A stretch of DNA of 62,177 bases, filler included, from Chiloscyllium plagiosum (taxonomy: Eukaryota): NCBI RefSeq assembly GCF_004010195.1. It is 4 parts of one record of this genome, joined end to end, with 100 filler letters (N's around TTAATTAATTAA, not from the genome) between each part and the next. Parts side by side here need not be neighbours in the genome. Positions count along the whole stretch, not along the records: positions 28,260 to 47,600 come from NC_057711.1; positions 47,701 to 52,846 come from NC_057711.1; 2 more parts are not named here. One strand, given 5' to 3'. Position 1 is the first letter of the stretch, and each line of letters starts with the position of its first letter. The notes beneath the pieces were generated by a model that was not told the origin of the DNA, did not search any database, and worked only from the letters and a program-made list of their open reading frames with translations. This document shows, piece by piece, positions 40,185 through 52,312 of the stretch. Made by a program: the position numbers and the translations under genes.

Positions 40185-42230
40185 TGCAGCCCGGCTGAGG
40201 AATCCTGGCCGGCGAACTGGCAGGAGCTGGAGGCCAAAGTCTCGGTTCGCCTAGGCCGCTGGACAGGACTGCTCTGAGTGCCATCTTACAGGAGTCGAGT
40301 GCTGGTCATAAACCAGCTGGTGGCTGCCATGCTGTGGTACCAGTTGGTCACTTTGGTCCCTCCTCCTGGCTTTGTCGCTGACATCCAGAGAACGTTGGTC
40401 GACTTCTTTTTAGATTAGATTACATTAGATTACATTACAGTGTGGAAACAGGCCCTTCGACCCAACAAGTCCACACCGACCCGCCGAAGCGAAACCCACC
40501 CATACCCCTACATTTACCCCTTACCTAACACTACGGGCAATTTAGCATGGCCAATTCACCTGACCCTGCACATCTTTTGGACTGTGGGAGGAAACCGGAG
40601 CACCCGGAGGAAACCCACGCAAAAAGATGCACTAGGTCGCTGCGCAGGTTCTGAGTCTCCCTATTGAGGAGGGCGGTCAGTCGCTGGTGTGCGTCCGCAC
40701 CCAGGTCACGACATTCCGCCTTCAGACCTTGCAGCGATACCTTTACGTTGAACTTCCTCCTAAGTGGTGCACCCTGGTGACATATTTTTTCCGCCAAGTG
40801 CGTAACCTCAACTACGACACGCAGCTCCTGTTCGTCAACCGTGACGGTTTGGAGGTTGCCCTCAAGACGCTGCCTGTCTTTTACCAGGACCTGATCACTG
40901 TCTGGAACATGGTCGAATCGCGTCGCACCTACCCTCCGGCAGGAATAGCGGCTGTCGTCAGGGAGCCGTTGCTCAGGAATCCGCACTTCCATACTCGCGG
41001 GTTCGAGTGGCTGTCAGAGGGGAGGGCCGTGGCCGGGAGGGTGACCAGGGTCGGGGATGTGCTGGGTGCCGGGGACCTGGGCTGGATACTGCCGCAGAAC
41101 ATAGCGAGCAGGGCAGCAGTAGACATCCAGTACGTGGCCACCGCCATCCTACGCCTTAAAATGGCGGTGCTCGGACCCGACGTAGTGCACCAGTTGGAGG
41201 ATGCTCAGGTGTGCGGTGGGATCCCGTCCACGCTCACCCAGCTCGGACGGAATTTCACATTGGCCCCAAGGTCCCGTACTTCCTGAGGGAGCCTGTGCCC
41301 CACAACCTGAGCCGCCTCCAGAATTTTAATTTTGTCCCTTTTAAGGATGTAAAAAGGCGGGCCATGTATTGACTGCTGCTGCACACCGTCCACCTCTTCT
41401 GCCTCATCCACCATCCGGGTGCGTGCCCATTTGCCACTGGGCGGTGGGGATCCCCAGTGGAGGGCTCTCTACGCGGGAGTCCTCCCCCTTTCTCACGGGG
41501 AACTGGAGTGGTGGGTGCTGCACGCAGCGGTCCCCTGCAACCGCAGATTGCGGTGGTTCACGGACTCCCAGCCCAACTGCTTGTTCTGTGGCGCTGTGGA
41601 GTCCGTGGACCATGTGTATATTGGGTGTGGGCATTTGCACTCCCTTTTTGATTTTCTTAAAAACAACCTCCTCTGCTTTTGGTTGCACTTCAGTCCCACG
41701 CTGATGATCTTCGGGCACCCGGTACGGAGGAGAGGGGGCGGGTCTGAAGACCTCCTCCTGGGTCTGCCCCTGGACCTGGCCAAAAACATGTCCAAGCAGC
41801 GGGCCGTGGAGGGGGTCGTTAGGGCCGACTGCCTGCCCCTCTTCCGCGGTTACGTTAGAGCCCGGGTGTCCTTGGAGAAGGAGCACGCGTTGTCCACCAA
41901 CACCCTGGAGTTGTTCAGGGAGAGGTGGGCGCCGCAGGGAGTGGAGTGCATTCCAACTCTATTTTGATTTAGTCCCTGCCCTCCCTTCACTTTGATCACA
42001 TAGCATTGCCTTTTGTGAAGGGCACTGCTTGTCACTGGCCACTCGGATGTTTCCTTTCTTCCTGGTGGTGGAAATTGAATAAAGATTCGTACACCCTATG
42101 TCTTTCACTGTGTCTCACACCTGCACACACACACCATGGGTGTTAGTGAAAGAATAAGCACTACCGCAGTTAGGCGGTAGTGTGGGGGGGTTTAAAGAAA
42201 AAGAAAAAAAAAAAAGAGGAAAAAAGAAAA
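40185..42230 (+). mobile_element. Tx1-clade non-LTR retrotransposon, 5'-truncated and young
   Basis: Post-RT RVLVINQLVAAMLWY and LPIEEGGQSLVC, C-terminal CLFCGAVESVDHVYIGC zinc-finger motif, A-rich tail 42194-42235, TSD AAAAATTCATTA at 40173-40184 and 42231-42242; CpG-rich. Confidence 0.88.
40410..40620 (-). mobile_element. 5'-truncated HE1 SINE nested in Tx1
   Basis: (ATTAG/ATTAC)n tail plus the 3' half of HE1 interrupts the Tx1 frame after LVDFF. Confidence 0.85.
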
Positions 42231-43199
42231 AAAAATTCATTACAGAATTTTTCCAAGGATGGTAAAAGTTTCAGTTAATCCTTCAGAATAAAGAGCTGTA
42301 AATTCAATATTTGTATTTCACAGCTATAGTTCTTTTACTAATTAGTGTTTTTTTAAATTTTGTGTCATGTGTAGGTAAGACCAGGTAAGGATGGCAGATT
42401 TCCTTCCCTAAAGGACACTTTTAAATTTTACTATCTACCATGGCAGGTTTCAAACTGGGGTCCCCAGAACATTTCCTGGGTTTCTGGATTAACAGTCCAT
42501 CGCCTGGTGTTAATAGAATTTTGACTGAAGTACTTACTTTTTGAAATTTTAATGTCAATTTAGATAGAGGTGGATGAATGAAGTCATAGAAAACATGAGC
42601 ATCCTAGGAAGCCAGGTCCAACCACTGACTCCCACATTAAGCCCTGGTATATTTAGCTGTGTATAAACACCCATAGGCAGGTTGTCTATTTCAGTGTTAA
42701 ATACTCAGCTACAATCACACAGTTTTTGTAGTTAACTATGGTTCTGCCTTCTCTGACAAGCTTGAACAAATGCAAAATGAGAGGCAGTGATCAAGAGGCT
42801 GAAGTCAGGATAACCACATGAAATCAAATGTGATAGCTCATAGCTGCTTTTTCATCTGCTCATGTGAAAAGTTCGTTGGAAGGTTACTTTAATAACGTGG
42901 AGATTTACATGTCTGAGGAGGGCTTTGGAGCTCTGATGGATTACATCAGCACGAGTACTGCTTATAATTAAACAAAATCGCAAATGCTGGAGATCCAAAA
43001 CAAGAACAAAGTGCTAGAGAAACTCCGTAGGTGTGGCAGCATCCGTGGAGAGAAAAACAGAGTTAATGTTGAGTCCACTGAGGGTCAGTAGACTCGAATC
43101 AAGTGCTTTTCTCTCCAGGTGCTGCCAGATCTGCCAAATTTCTCAACTAACTATCTAGTTTTGTTTGTAGCTTGTGTCTTAGTTAGACCTCATGAGAAT

Positions 43200-44000
43200 T
43201 AAGGTGACCTGCACACAAAACAGCAAGTAACATACATGACAGACAATGACCATCATCAATAAGAGACACACTAATCACCACCCCTTGACATTCAATGGTA
43301 TTACCATCACTGAAGCCCCCACTGTCAACATCCTTGGGATTACCATTGATCAGAAACTCAACTGGATTCACACTTAAACACAGTGACTTCAAGAGCAGGT
43401 CAGAGACGAGGGATATTGTGGTAGTAACACCTCCCAACACCCCAAAAAGCATAAGCACCATTTACAAGGCACAAGTCAGGAGTATGATGGAATACTCCCC
43501 ATTTGCCTGGATGGGTGCAGCTCCGACAACACAAGAAGCTTGACACCATCCAGGACAAAGCTACCCACTAGATTGGCACCACATCTACAAACATTCAATC
43601 CCTCCACTACCAGCGCTCAGTAGCAGCAGTGTGTACTACCTACAAGATGCACTCCAAAAATTCACCAAAGATCCTTAGACAGCACTTTCCAAACTCACGA
43701 CCACTTCCATCTAGAATGACAAGGGCAGCAGGTACTTGGGAACACCATCACCTATAAGTTCCCCTCCAAGGCACTCATCACCTTGATTGGAAAGAAACTA
43801 CCGTTCCTTCACAGTTGTTGAGTCAAAATCCTGGAATTCCCTCCCTACTGGCATCGTGGTCAACCCACAGCGAGTGGACTGCAGTTATTCAAAAAGGCAG
43901 CTCACCACCACCTTCGCAAGTGCAAATAGGGATGCTGGGACTTCGGCTATCAATACTGGCCAGCCAGCGATGCCCAAGTCCCACTTATGAATAAAAAAAA
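43200..44000 (+). mobile_element. Second CR1/Jockey-group LINE family 3' end (other copies about 11830-12150, 35830-36610, 44000-44640, 45560-47170, 53820-54345)
   Basis: STIYKAQVRSMMEYSPFAWMGAAPT and KSWNSLP; 3' end ...atgcccaagtcccacttatgaataaaa. Confidence 0.75.
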
Positions 44001-44932
44001 TGACACACAAGTGCAAGTTGAAGGCATACAATCTAACCATCATTTTTTGGCATTCATGAACCCTTCACGATCAATTTCCTGGCTAGAAGAGCAAGTCAGA
44101 TGCTTAAAATTGAGGTATATCCCTTACCTGCTGAATCCCCAAAGCCTGTTGTCTACATGGCAAAATTCAGGAACTTTATGAAATACTTCCAGTTGGTTTA
44201 GAATAGTCAGCTCCTACAACACAAAATTCTCAACACCATCCAGGACAAAGCAATCCACATGATCTGCATTGTATCCACCTTTGATGTAAAGTGACAAAGC
44301 TATTGCATAAAAGATGCAATGCAGCAACTCACCAAAACTCATTGGACAGCTCTTTGCAAACCCCCAACATTTAGCACCTTGACTGGGGAAGGGGGAGGCA
44401 TGACACATAGGAATATCAGCATCTGCAATTTTCAAAGTGGAGACTATCTTAACCTAGAACTACATTGCTGTGACACTGAAGGAACAACAAAGTCCTGGGA
44501 CTCCGCTCCTCATACACTGTGGGTAATAGACCATACTAACTGCAACAGTTCAAGGTGATAGTTCTACGTCAACTTGAGGTCATCAGAGATGGCCTGATGC
44601 TGCCATTCTGATTATCATCCACATCCTATGTAAAAGAATTTTGAAAGAATAGCCTGTGTTCACAGATCTGTAAGTTCAAAAGGAGAAAAGGGATCAGTTG
44701 GAGATCATTTAAGCAGTGGATAAACCTTCCTTGCATTTAGAAATCAGTGTCTTAACGCACTTTACTACGTTAAAAAAAGGTGAGCCATGGTTGCAAGTGT
44801 TTGTAACCTACACATTACACGGTTGTCTCAATGTCCTCTTTGCAGTGGTTTAGAAAGCTGTTGATTGCTGAAAAAGGCATACTTCCACCACGCCAGGATA
44901 AGTGGCATGGGTAGTCGTCATAACTGGTCAGC

Positions 44933-45470
44933 TGTTATGGATTAAGCCAGACCACTCAAAAACAAACATTCTTAAGCAGGTAGCTCAGACCATAACTTTG
45001 CAATTTGTTTTGGTAAGTGTACAGTGAAAATTAGCCAGATTAAGTTAGCTAGGTTGAGTACTAGATTTTAAAAACTGAAAAATTTATTCACAAAATTACA
45101 CAATAAAACAAAGAACAGAATAAAGAACCCTGACAGAACTCAGTCTATTCAAATAAGACTTAATTACGCTGTTCCAAATATACACAACAGTCCCAAGAAG
45201 CAGACTCCCTTACAAAACCAGTATAAATGGAACACATGATTATAGCTTGGAGTTGAAGGGTGAGAGAGCGCGCGAGGCAGAGCGCGCGAGGCAGAGCGCG
45301 CGAGGCAGAGCGCGCGAGGCAGAGCGCGCGAGCGAGAGAGCGAGCGCACGTTTCCACATAGCTCCCTGTTGAACTTCTCACCTGTTCAAGACTGAACTAA
45401 AACTGCTCAGCTAGAGCTGACCACTACCTTTTCATTATACAGGTCACTTATAAATCAACTATCCAGAACT
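44933..45470. mobile_element. Putative solo LTR relic
   Basis: Begins TGTTATG and is non-coding. Similar TG-starting blocks at about 24848, 27130 and 32100-32540. Termini and TSD not confirmed. Confidence 0.35.
45262..45348. repeat. 14-bp tandem repeat (GCAGAGCGCGCGAG), about 5 copies
   Basis: Read directly; four perfect units plus a partial one, flanked by GAGA remnants. Confidence 0.9.
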
Positions 45471-47366
45471 AATGTTTTAAATAATTTAAGGGGAATAAAT
45501 CACAAATAATTTTGGTCAGTTTGATTCACTATACTTGATAACAAGAAATGGGTCAAGGCACTGGTTACTGTCAAGTCTTTGGGTCCTACATTACACCAGC
45601 AATAGCATGGAGGTCTTGTGCTCCAGAATTTGCAGTGTCAATGACCAAAATGTTCCAGTACAACTTCAACAGCGGTATTGATCTGGCAATATGGAAAATT
45701 ACTCAGTTGTCAAGTAAACAAAAATCAAAAAACAGAACAAATAAATCTATTGAATTACTATCACATCAGCCGAAGCTTAATCAACAATAAAATAATGGAA
45801 GGGGTTAATGTCATCAAACAGAACTTAATCAGTGATGCTCAATTTGGATGTCACCAGGGCCAGCCTAGTTTTCATTACAGCCTTGGTTCAAACATACACT
45901 AACAGTTGAATTCCTGAGGTGAAGGGAGAGTGACTGTCCTTGACATCAAGATTGCATTTCATCAAGTGTGACATCAAGGAGCCCCAGCAAAAGTACAGGT
46001 CATAGGAATTGGGGGAGACTCGATCAAAAAGTAAAGCAAAATACTCCAGATGTTGGAAATCTCAAACAAACAGAAAATTGTACAGAAACCAGACTCTGCT
46101 TCAGAAATTATATTTGACTCAAAACATCAACTCTGTTCCTCTCCTGACAGATGGTGCCAGGCCTGAGTTTCTCCACCATCTTGTGTGTGTTTTCTGGAAA
46201 TTCTCCACTGGTTGAAGTCATACCTAATGCAAAGAAAAATTGTTGTGTTGGTGGAGGTCAGTCATCCAACTCAGGTTTCTCAGGGTAATGTCTTTGACCC
46301 AACTGTTGTCAATTGTTTCATCAGTGACTATCATAAAAATGGGAAGTGGGGATGTTCACTTATGAGTGCACAAAGTTTGATGCCCTGTGTAAACCCTCAG
46401 ATATTGAAGCAGTTCATCCGAAATGCAGCAAGATGAGTCAATACCAAGATTTGAGCTGAAAGGTAGCAAATAACTGGTGTCACACAAGTGTGAAACAAGA
46501 CAGAAGCTAACCATCATCCATTTACATTCTAATGGCATTACCATCAACAAATCCCTGACTAACACCATCCCAGAGATTACCATTGACCAGAAACTGAATT
46601 CTGGGCCTGTTCCTTTGATGCTGCCTGACCTGCTGAGTTTTTCCAGCAACACATTTTTAAGTTCTGGTCTCCAGCATCTGCAGTCCTCACTTTCTTCCAG
46701 AAACTGCATTGGACTCACTATATAAACAGTGGCTACAAAAGCAGGTCAAAGGCTAGGAATATTGAGGGGAATAACTCACCTCCTGACTCCCCAAAACCTG
46801 TCCACCTATAAGGCACAAGTCAGCAGTGTGATGGAATACTCCTCACTTGCCTGCATGAGTGCAGCTCCAACATCACTCAAGCAGTTTGAAATCACCCAGG
46901 ACAAAGCAGCCCACTTCATGGACAGCTATTCTACAAATATCACTCTCTCCATTAGCGAGGCTCAGTAGCACCAGTGCTTAGCATCCAGGAAATGCACTTT
47001 AAAAAAAAATCACTTCGGCTCCATAGCATGCTCCAATTCCATAACCACTTCCATCTTGAAGGACGAGCGCAGAAAATATATGTTTGAACATCACCAGTTA
47101 CAAGTTCCTCTCCAAGCCATTCACCATCCTGATTTAGATTTATGATCGCTGTTACTTCACGGTCACTGGGTCAAATTTTATTTTGACAAGAGTAAGATCT
47201 TAATATGAATGCACCCTTTATCCACTCTTGTAACACCATGACACAAAAAAGTAAATGCAACAAAGTTTGCATAGATTCCTCATTAACAAGTACACTGTGT
47301 TTTCAGCAAAGGTTAGGATGTTATCTAACACAAGAAAAAGCATTCAATGTAGAGATCAATACTTAC

Positions 47367-47449
47367 ACCACCTCCTACAGGAATCTTGTCCAATGAGGAT
47401 TTTGCCTTCAGATGTTTTTCCTGTAAAATCTTTTGTTTCTGTTGAAGAC
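47367..47449 (-). CDS. Exon B of the same gene
   Basis: Weak acceptor aatgaaccag| and strong donor GGT|gtaagt; 83 nt. The phase 1-to-0 frame gives (G)LQQKQKILQEKHLKAKSSLDKIPVGGG, which joins exon C in frame. Confidence 0.62.
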
Positions 47450-47739
47450 CTGGTTCATTAAGTGTGCAAGTATAAATTAAAAAGCTTACAATTTTTTACT
47501 ACACATGCTTAATTCCAAACATATATACATTGATGTTCTTAAAAAGAGGGGAGGGGGAGGAGGAGGAAGGGGGAGGGGGAGGCAAGAGGGGAGAGGGGGG
47601 NNNNNNNNNNNNNNNNNNNNNNNNNNNNNNNNNNNNNNNNNNNNTTAATTAATTAANNNNNNNNNNNNNNNNNNNNNNNNNNNNNNNNNNNNNNNNNNNN
47701 GATGTTTATCTTAGCCTGCTGGACAAACTTTCCTCATTC

Positions 47740-47767
47740 CTGAAGAAGGGCTTATGCCCGAAACGTC
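47740..47767 (+). ncRNA. Minimal hammerhead ribozyme motif in Penelope pseudo-LTR
   Basis: CTGAAGA-A-GGGC(TTAT)GCCC-GAAA-C-GTC: CUGANGA and GAAA core boxes, 4-bp helix II, GUC cleavage triplet and self-complementary ACGT at helix III. Confidence 0.7.
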
Positions 47768-47929
47768 GATTCTCCTGTTCCCTGGATGCTGCCTGACCTG
47801 CTGCGCTTTTCCAGCAACACATTTTCACCTCTTTTATCTGTCAGCCCGGGCTTCCTGATTGGACCAGATTAACAGTCCCAATTAGGGAACTTATATTCTG
47901 AGGTCCACCTGGCCAACCTCATAAGGTAA

Positions 47930-49300
47930 TATTAGGTAATATTATGGCCAAAAACATGGTCAAGAGAGCAAATTTCAGGAACCACTTTAAAAAGAGGAAA
48001 TGAGTCGAACAGGATTAAAAAGTGAATTCCACAGTTTAGGGGTCAGTGAGCTGAAGGCACAGCCACAAATGGTAGAGAGATTAAAATTGGATATGTTGAG
48101 GAGGCCATAATTAGAGGAATGCAGGAACAGGAGTCCGTGTTGTAAACAAAGCACCATGATATTACTCTTCTCTATGTTTAATTGGAAGAAGTTGCAGCTC
48201 ATCCAAGACTAATTGCCAGACAAACTGTCTAACAGCACACAGTCAATAGAAGGATAAACAAAGTTGATGGAGTGATTGCTCCGGGTGCCATTAACCAACA
48301 TGTACGAGCTGATCCAGTGCTGTCTATTCAAGATGTTATCAAAGGCCAGCAGATTGATGAGGAGGGAGAGGCAATAATAGTCAAAGACTTTGGAAAGGAA
48401 AGAAAAATTGGAGACAGGGCACTAGTTTTCAAGGAGGAGAAAGTGAGGACTGCAGATGCTGGAGATCAGAGCTGAAAAATGTGTTGCTGGAAAAGTGCAG
48501 CAGGTCAGGCAGCATCCAAGGAGCAGGAGAATCGACGTTTCGGGCATAAGCCCTTCTTCAGTTTTCAAGGGCAAAGGAATCAAGGGTGGGGTTTTTTAAA
48601 TCAAGGTAATGGTATCAGTTATTAAAAGAAGGGGTTTGAGAAGCAGACAGGAACAAGAAATTGTGAAAAGGAAGGAATTTAAGGAGATAGTTTATGAAGA
48701 AAAGAACTGCTGAGAGTTGCCTTTATTCTCTAAGATGCTGAAATGATTGCCAGTTTTGGCAGAGATAGTTTAGGCCAATAGCTCTGGGTGTGGTCTAGTC
48801 AGATTTGGTGATTGATGGTTAAACTAATGGTGGGTCAGACATGCTCAGGTCTGTGTGTCTGAGACTTAAGGAATGAAAGACCAGGGTGCAAAAGCTTACT
48901 GGGGACAAGTTAATCCAAGATGTTGAATTACGATCAAGTACTCTGAAACTTTCAAAGTGAGCTTGCCAATCAGGCCTGATTTTAGGGCCAATCTGTGCTG
49001 TCAGTCCTCAATGGGAGTTTGAACAAGACTTCATATAGATTCTTTGTAGCCATCATATATTGACAAAAATATTCCAAGGAAGGGTCACTGGACCTGTAAT
49101 GTGAACTCTGATTTCTCTTCACAAAGCTCTTCACCTGTTGAGCTTTTCCAGCAAATTCTGTTTTTGTTCCTGATATAGAGAAAAGGCTCAAGATGCATCA
49201 CAGGAGTATTATAAAGTAAATTGTGACACTGAACCACTTTAGGTAATAGTAGGGCAGCTTGCCAAAAGCTTGGTCAACACACAACTTTCTGGGAGCAGGT
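47930..49300 (-). mobile_element. Decayed L2-like LINE with nested pLTR (48435-48559)
   Basis: MSCNFFQLNIEKS and AFSSLTPKLWNSL motifs; TSD AGTTTTCAAGG at 48424-48434 and 48560-48570 around the pLTR. Confidence 0.55.
48534..48561 (-). ncRNA. Minimal hammerhead ribozyme motif
   Basis: Reverse complement reads CTGAAGAAGGGCTTATGCCCGAAACGTC, identical to 47740-47767. Confidence 0.7.
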
Positions 49301-49537
49301 TAGAGATTAGACATTCAAATTAAAACTTTGGCTAGAATGGAGCTCAGCTTCTAGAAGTATTATGTACCAGCCAGCCTTTCTAAAGCAAAAGTTTGTTCTG
49401 TAATGCCATTATTTCTTAATATCTCTGTAAGGCATATGTTGATTATAGAATTATAAAACACACTGCTTCTGAGAAAAAGTCGTTCAGAACACTTCCTTTG
49501 CAATTTTTATAACATGGACATGACAACATTAATTCAC

Positions 49538-49719
49538 CCTGCTTCTACTATAGTGCATGAGGACTCGTTTGCAAGATTGTCATTGACACTTTTGTTATGG
49601 GTGAATTTCAATATTGCGCCATCGTGCAAAACAGGTTTTACACTGCACCTGCTCTCCATTGGCCGCACAGACACGGGGCAGGCCAAAAGTGACAAAGAAC
49701 TCAGCAAGACCAGTGTCAT
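49538..49719 (-). CDS. Exon A (probable start exon, signal peptide) of an uncharacterised multi-exon membrane protein gene
   Basis: Acceptor ctcctattttctacag| (exon starts 49733), ACAATGA start context at 49719, donor GCAGG|gtgaat. Only one frame is open: MTLVLLSSLSLLACPVSVRPMESRCSVKPVLHDGAILKFTHNKSVNDNLANESSCTIVEAG, with a hydrophobic N-terminus. Ends in phase 2. Confidence 0.62.
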
Positions 49720-52312
49720 TGTGCTGATATTAGCTGTAGAAAATAGGAGAAGTAGGCTATTCAGCATGTCGAGCATGTGAGTCTTCATTAAAATGTTTTT
49801 GCTCCATTTCCCATCTGAATGACTTAAAAGTTCGTGTCTTGGCCAGATTCCAGGTGGAAAAACCAACAGCAGAGGCTGCAGCTTGGCACTCTTGGGAATG
49901 TTCCCCATCAATTGGGTAAGTTGAAAAATCAAACACTACAGCTGATGGGATTGAGTGTGTGGGATAGGAATCACATACAATGGCAGTGATGGGGAGATTA
50001 CACTTCATCGTGGTGGGATGTGGAGAGGGGGAGAAAACATTGATAATGCATATGCTAAGGATCTGGGCATGGGATTTGGCACTCATACACCTTCTGCCTC
50101 ATAAGCAGGGCTGAAAACTGCGTTGACCCTATGTGTCTGGCTGTTACCATCTCCCTTTCTCTGACAGAATTCCTGAACTCTGAAAAACTCACACAGGTGC
50201 ATTAAACATTAAATCAAGATCCCAATTTCAGGATCTGGCTTTAAGTAAGTTTAATAAAGAATCCTGGTCTCCAAATTGGAAAATTCTGACGCTAACAAGC
50301 TTGCTGCTGTAGAAGTGGTGAATTAGGGTTACTTTTCAAGTATTTACTGTTTAACTCGATTCCCCCATACTCTCATTGCAGAGATTAATATTAAGGTCAT
50401 GTTGTTTATAAAGTCTGTGTTAGATTATCACACTTACAAAGTAATATTATCTGCTGTTTTTTTTCAGACTACATTCTATTTTTACTTCTGTTCTGTTTAA
50501 TGTTACAAACATCACTCAGCAATACCTACTTCATTAGTTTGTTACCTTAAATATCTCTTTGAAAGTTGCCTTGGGCCAATAGTTTAAAAAAAGATGAATA
50601 GGTACACTATGTTCCCTGGCAAAGGACAGTGTGTAGGGGTCATGTAATACACAGAAACGAAACACTGTGTTCTAACAAATATCTTAATTCAGAAAGGAAG
50701 AACAAAGTTTTCTTTTAGGATGCCTTCAAAATATATTTGTAAATCGTTTTTTGAATCCAGACCTTTAATTTCAGTTCACTGATATATTCACAATGTTCTA
50801 CTTAAGCATATGTTCGATGGGATAGTGTTGTTCTAAGTTATTTTTCGTCTGCGCCTTTATCAAATCTACTTCATTTGCCATCTCTAGCTAGGGTGGATAA
50901 CTTTGTTGTCCCCTGAAAGTTGACCCCATAGGTCTGCCACTGGTTACCCAGCATGCCCTTCCTCCCTTAACAGCCTCCCATGCTAATTGGAAAGCAAGCA
51001 GATGCTACAGTACACAAATAGATGATGCACGACTGACATTCACCTTATCTCTAGATATTTTTATTAGCAGTAAATAGCACTTTTTGTGAAAACAAAGGTG
51101 AAAAATAATGTCAGTGCTGCTCTGAGTTTGCTCCAAGACTGTTTGCAGCAATGTCCCAGACGATAGCGCTCAGGTCCTGGAGATTCTAAGCTAATCCTGG
51201 AGGGTTGATAACCTCCATCCAAAGCAGACCAATCGGTGGTGTCTTTCTACTGATCCCAATGTGGCAGCTGCCAGGGTAGAGATGACGATACCATAGTGGG
51301 TACCAGTGGTGGCTGCAGATGGAGGGCATTGTGGGCAGTGACCGTGTAACTTTGACAGCCTCCTGAGGGAGACCAACACGTGCTGAAGGCGCCCTTGCAT
51401 TTGTAGGGTATAGAGGTTCATTACTTCCTCAAAACTGCAGGACAGCACACTGCAGAAGGTAAGAGGTGATCAACTACCAAATAGCTTCCATCTATCTCTC
51501 CACAATGGAGCAGCAGATACCTGAGGGTTCACAAGATCTGTGAAATGTGCTAGGATCAATTCAGCTGCGAGGACTTGGCTACATTTATTCCAGAAGCAAT
51601 TACACTATCCAGGACACATGGTGGAGTAGTGATTCAAGATTCCATTGCAGAGATTGGATGGAAACACCTCTATACTTTCAGCCATTGTGCTGAAACTGTA
51701 TGGCATGATTTCTAGTACATCGTGTGAACTTGGCTTCCGTTTCATAATGGGAATCCATAAAATCGTCATGTATCATATGTCCTCCTTAAAAGAACAGGGA
51801 TGCACCATCTCCCTTGAGCAGAAAGTGAGGCTGAGGATTAAGGAGCTTGTGTCGAGAAGGTCAGTGCAGATTGTGAGATTTATGCTTACCTGCTTAAAGA
51901 CAGAAAGGCTGGAAAACTAACTGAGGACAAAGGGAATGATGTAAGTGAAGATTGAGGCATGTGAACTGAGGATGAAATGCTGGGAGAAGTCATTTATAAT
52001 GGGCATTTCAGCAAAATTATAAATGAGTAGATTCAGAAAAAGGGTCCTCACAATAAGATGTCATAGTCATGAATGTGTACATTATTAAAGACGATGGACA
52101 GTAATAAATGACGCATTTTGCAACTAGCAGCATATGAGAAGAGAATATTTTTGATATGTGGTATGAACAAGAAAACAAAGAGGTGGTTCTTTGGAATGAG
52201 AACATTTTAGATTGTTGTGTTGACTGTTAAGTTCAAAAGATATGAATAGGAATGGTTTAGAGGGATATGGGTCAAATGCTGGCAAATGGGACTAGGTCAG
52301 ATTGGATTAGAT

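Noticed and set aside
40687..41967. Longest ORFs (199 and 182 aa) as a host gene
   Set aside because: They are frameshifted pieces of the Tx1 ORF2 C-terminus; the antisense ORFs reflect high GC.
50900..52100. Possible Harbinger-type DNA transposon relic
   Set aside because: Only a vague resemblance; no TIRs, TSD or transposase motif could be pinned down.
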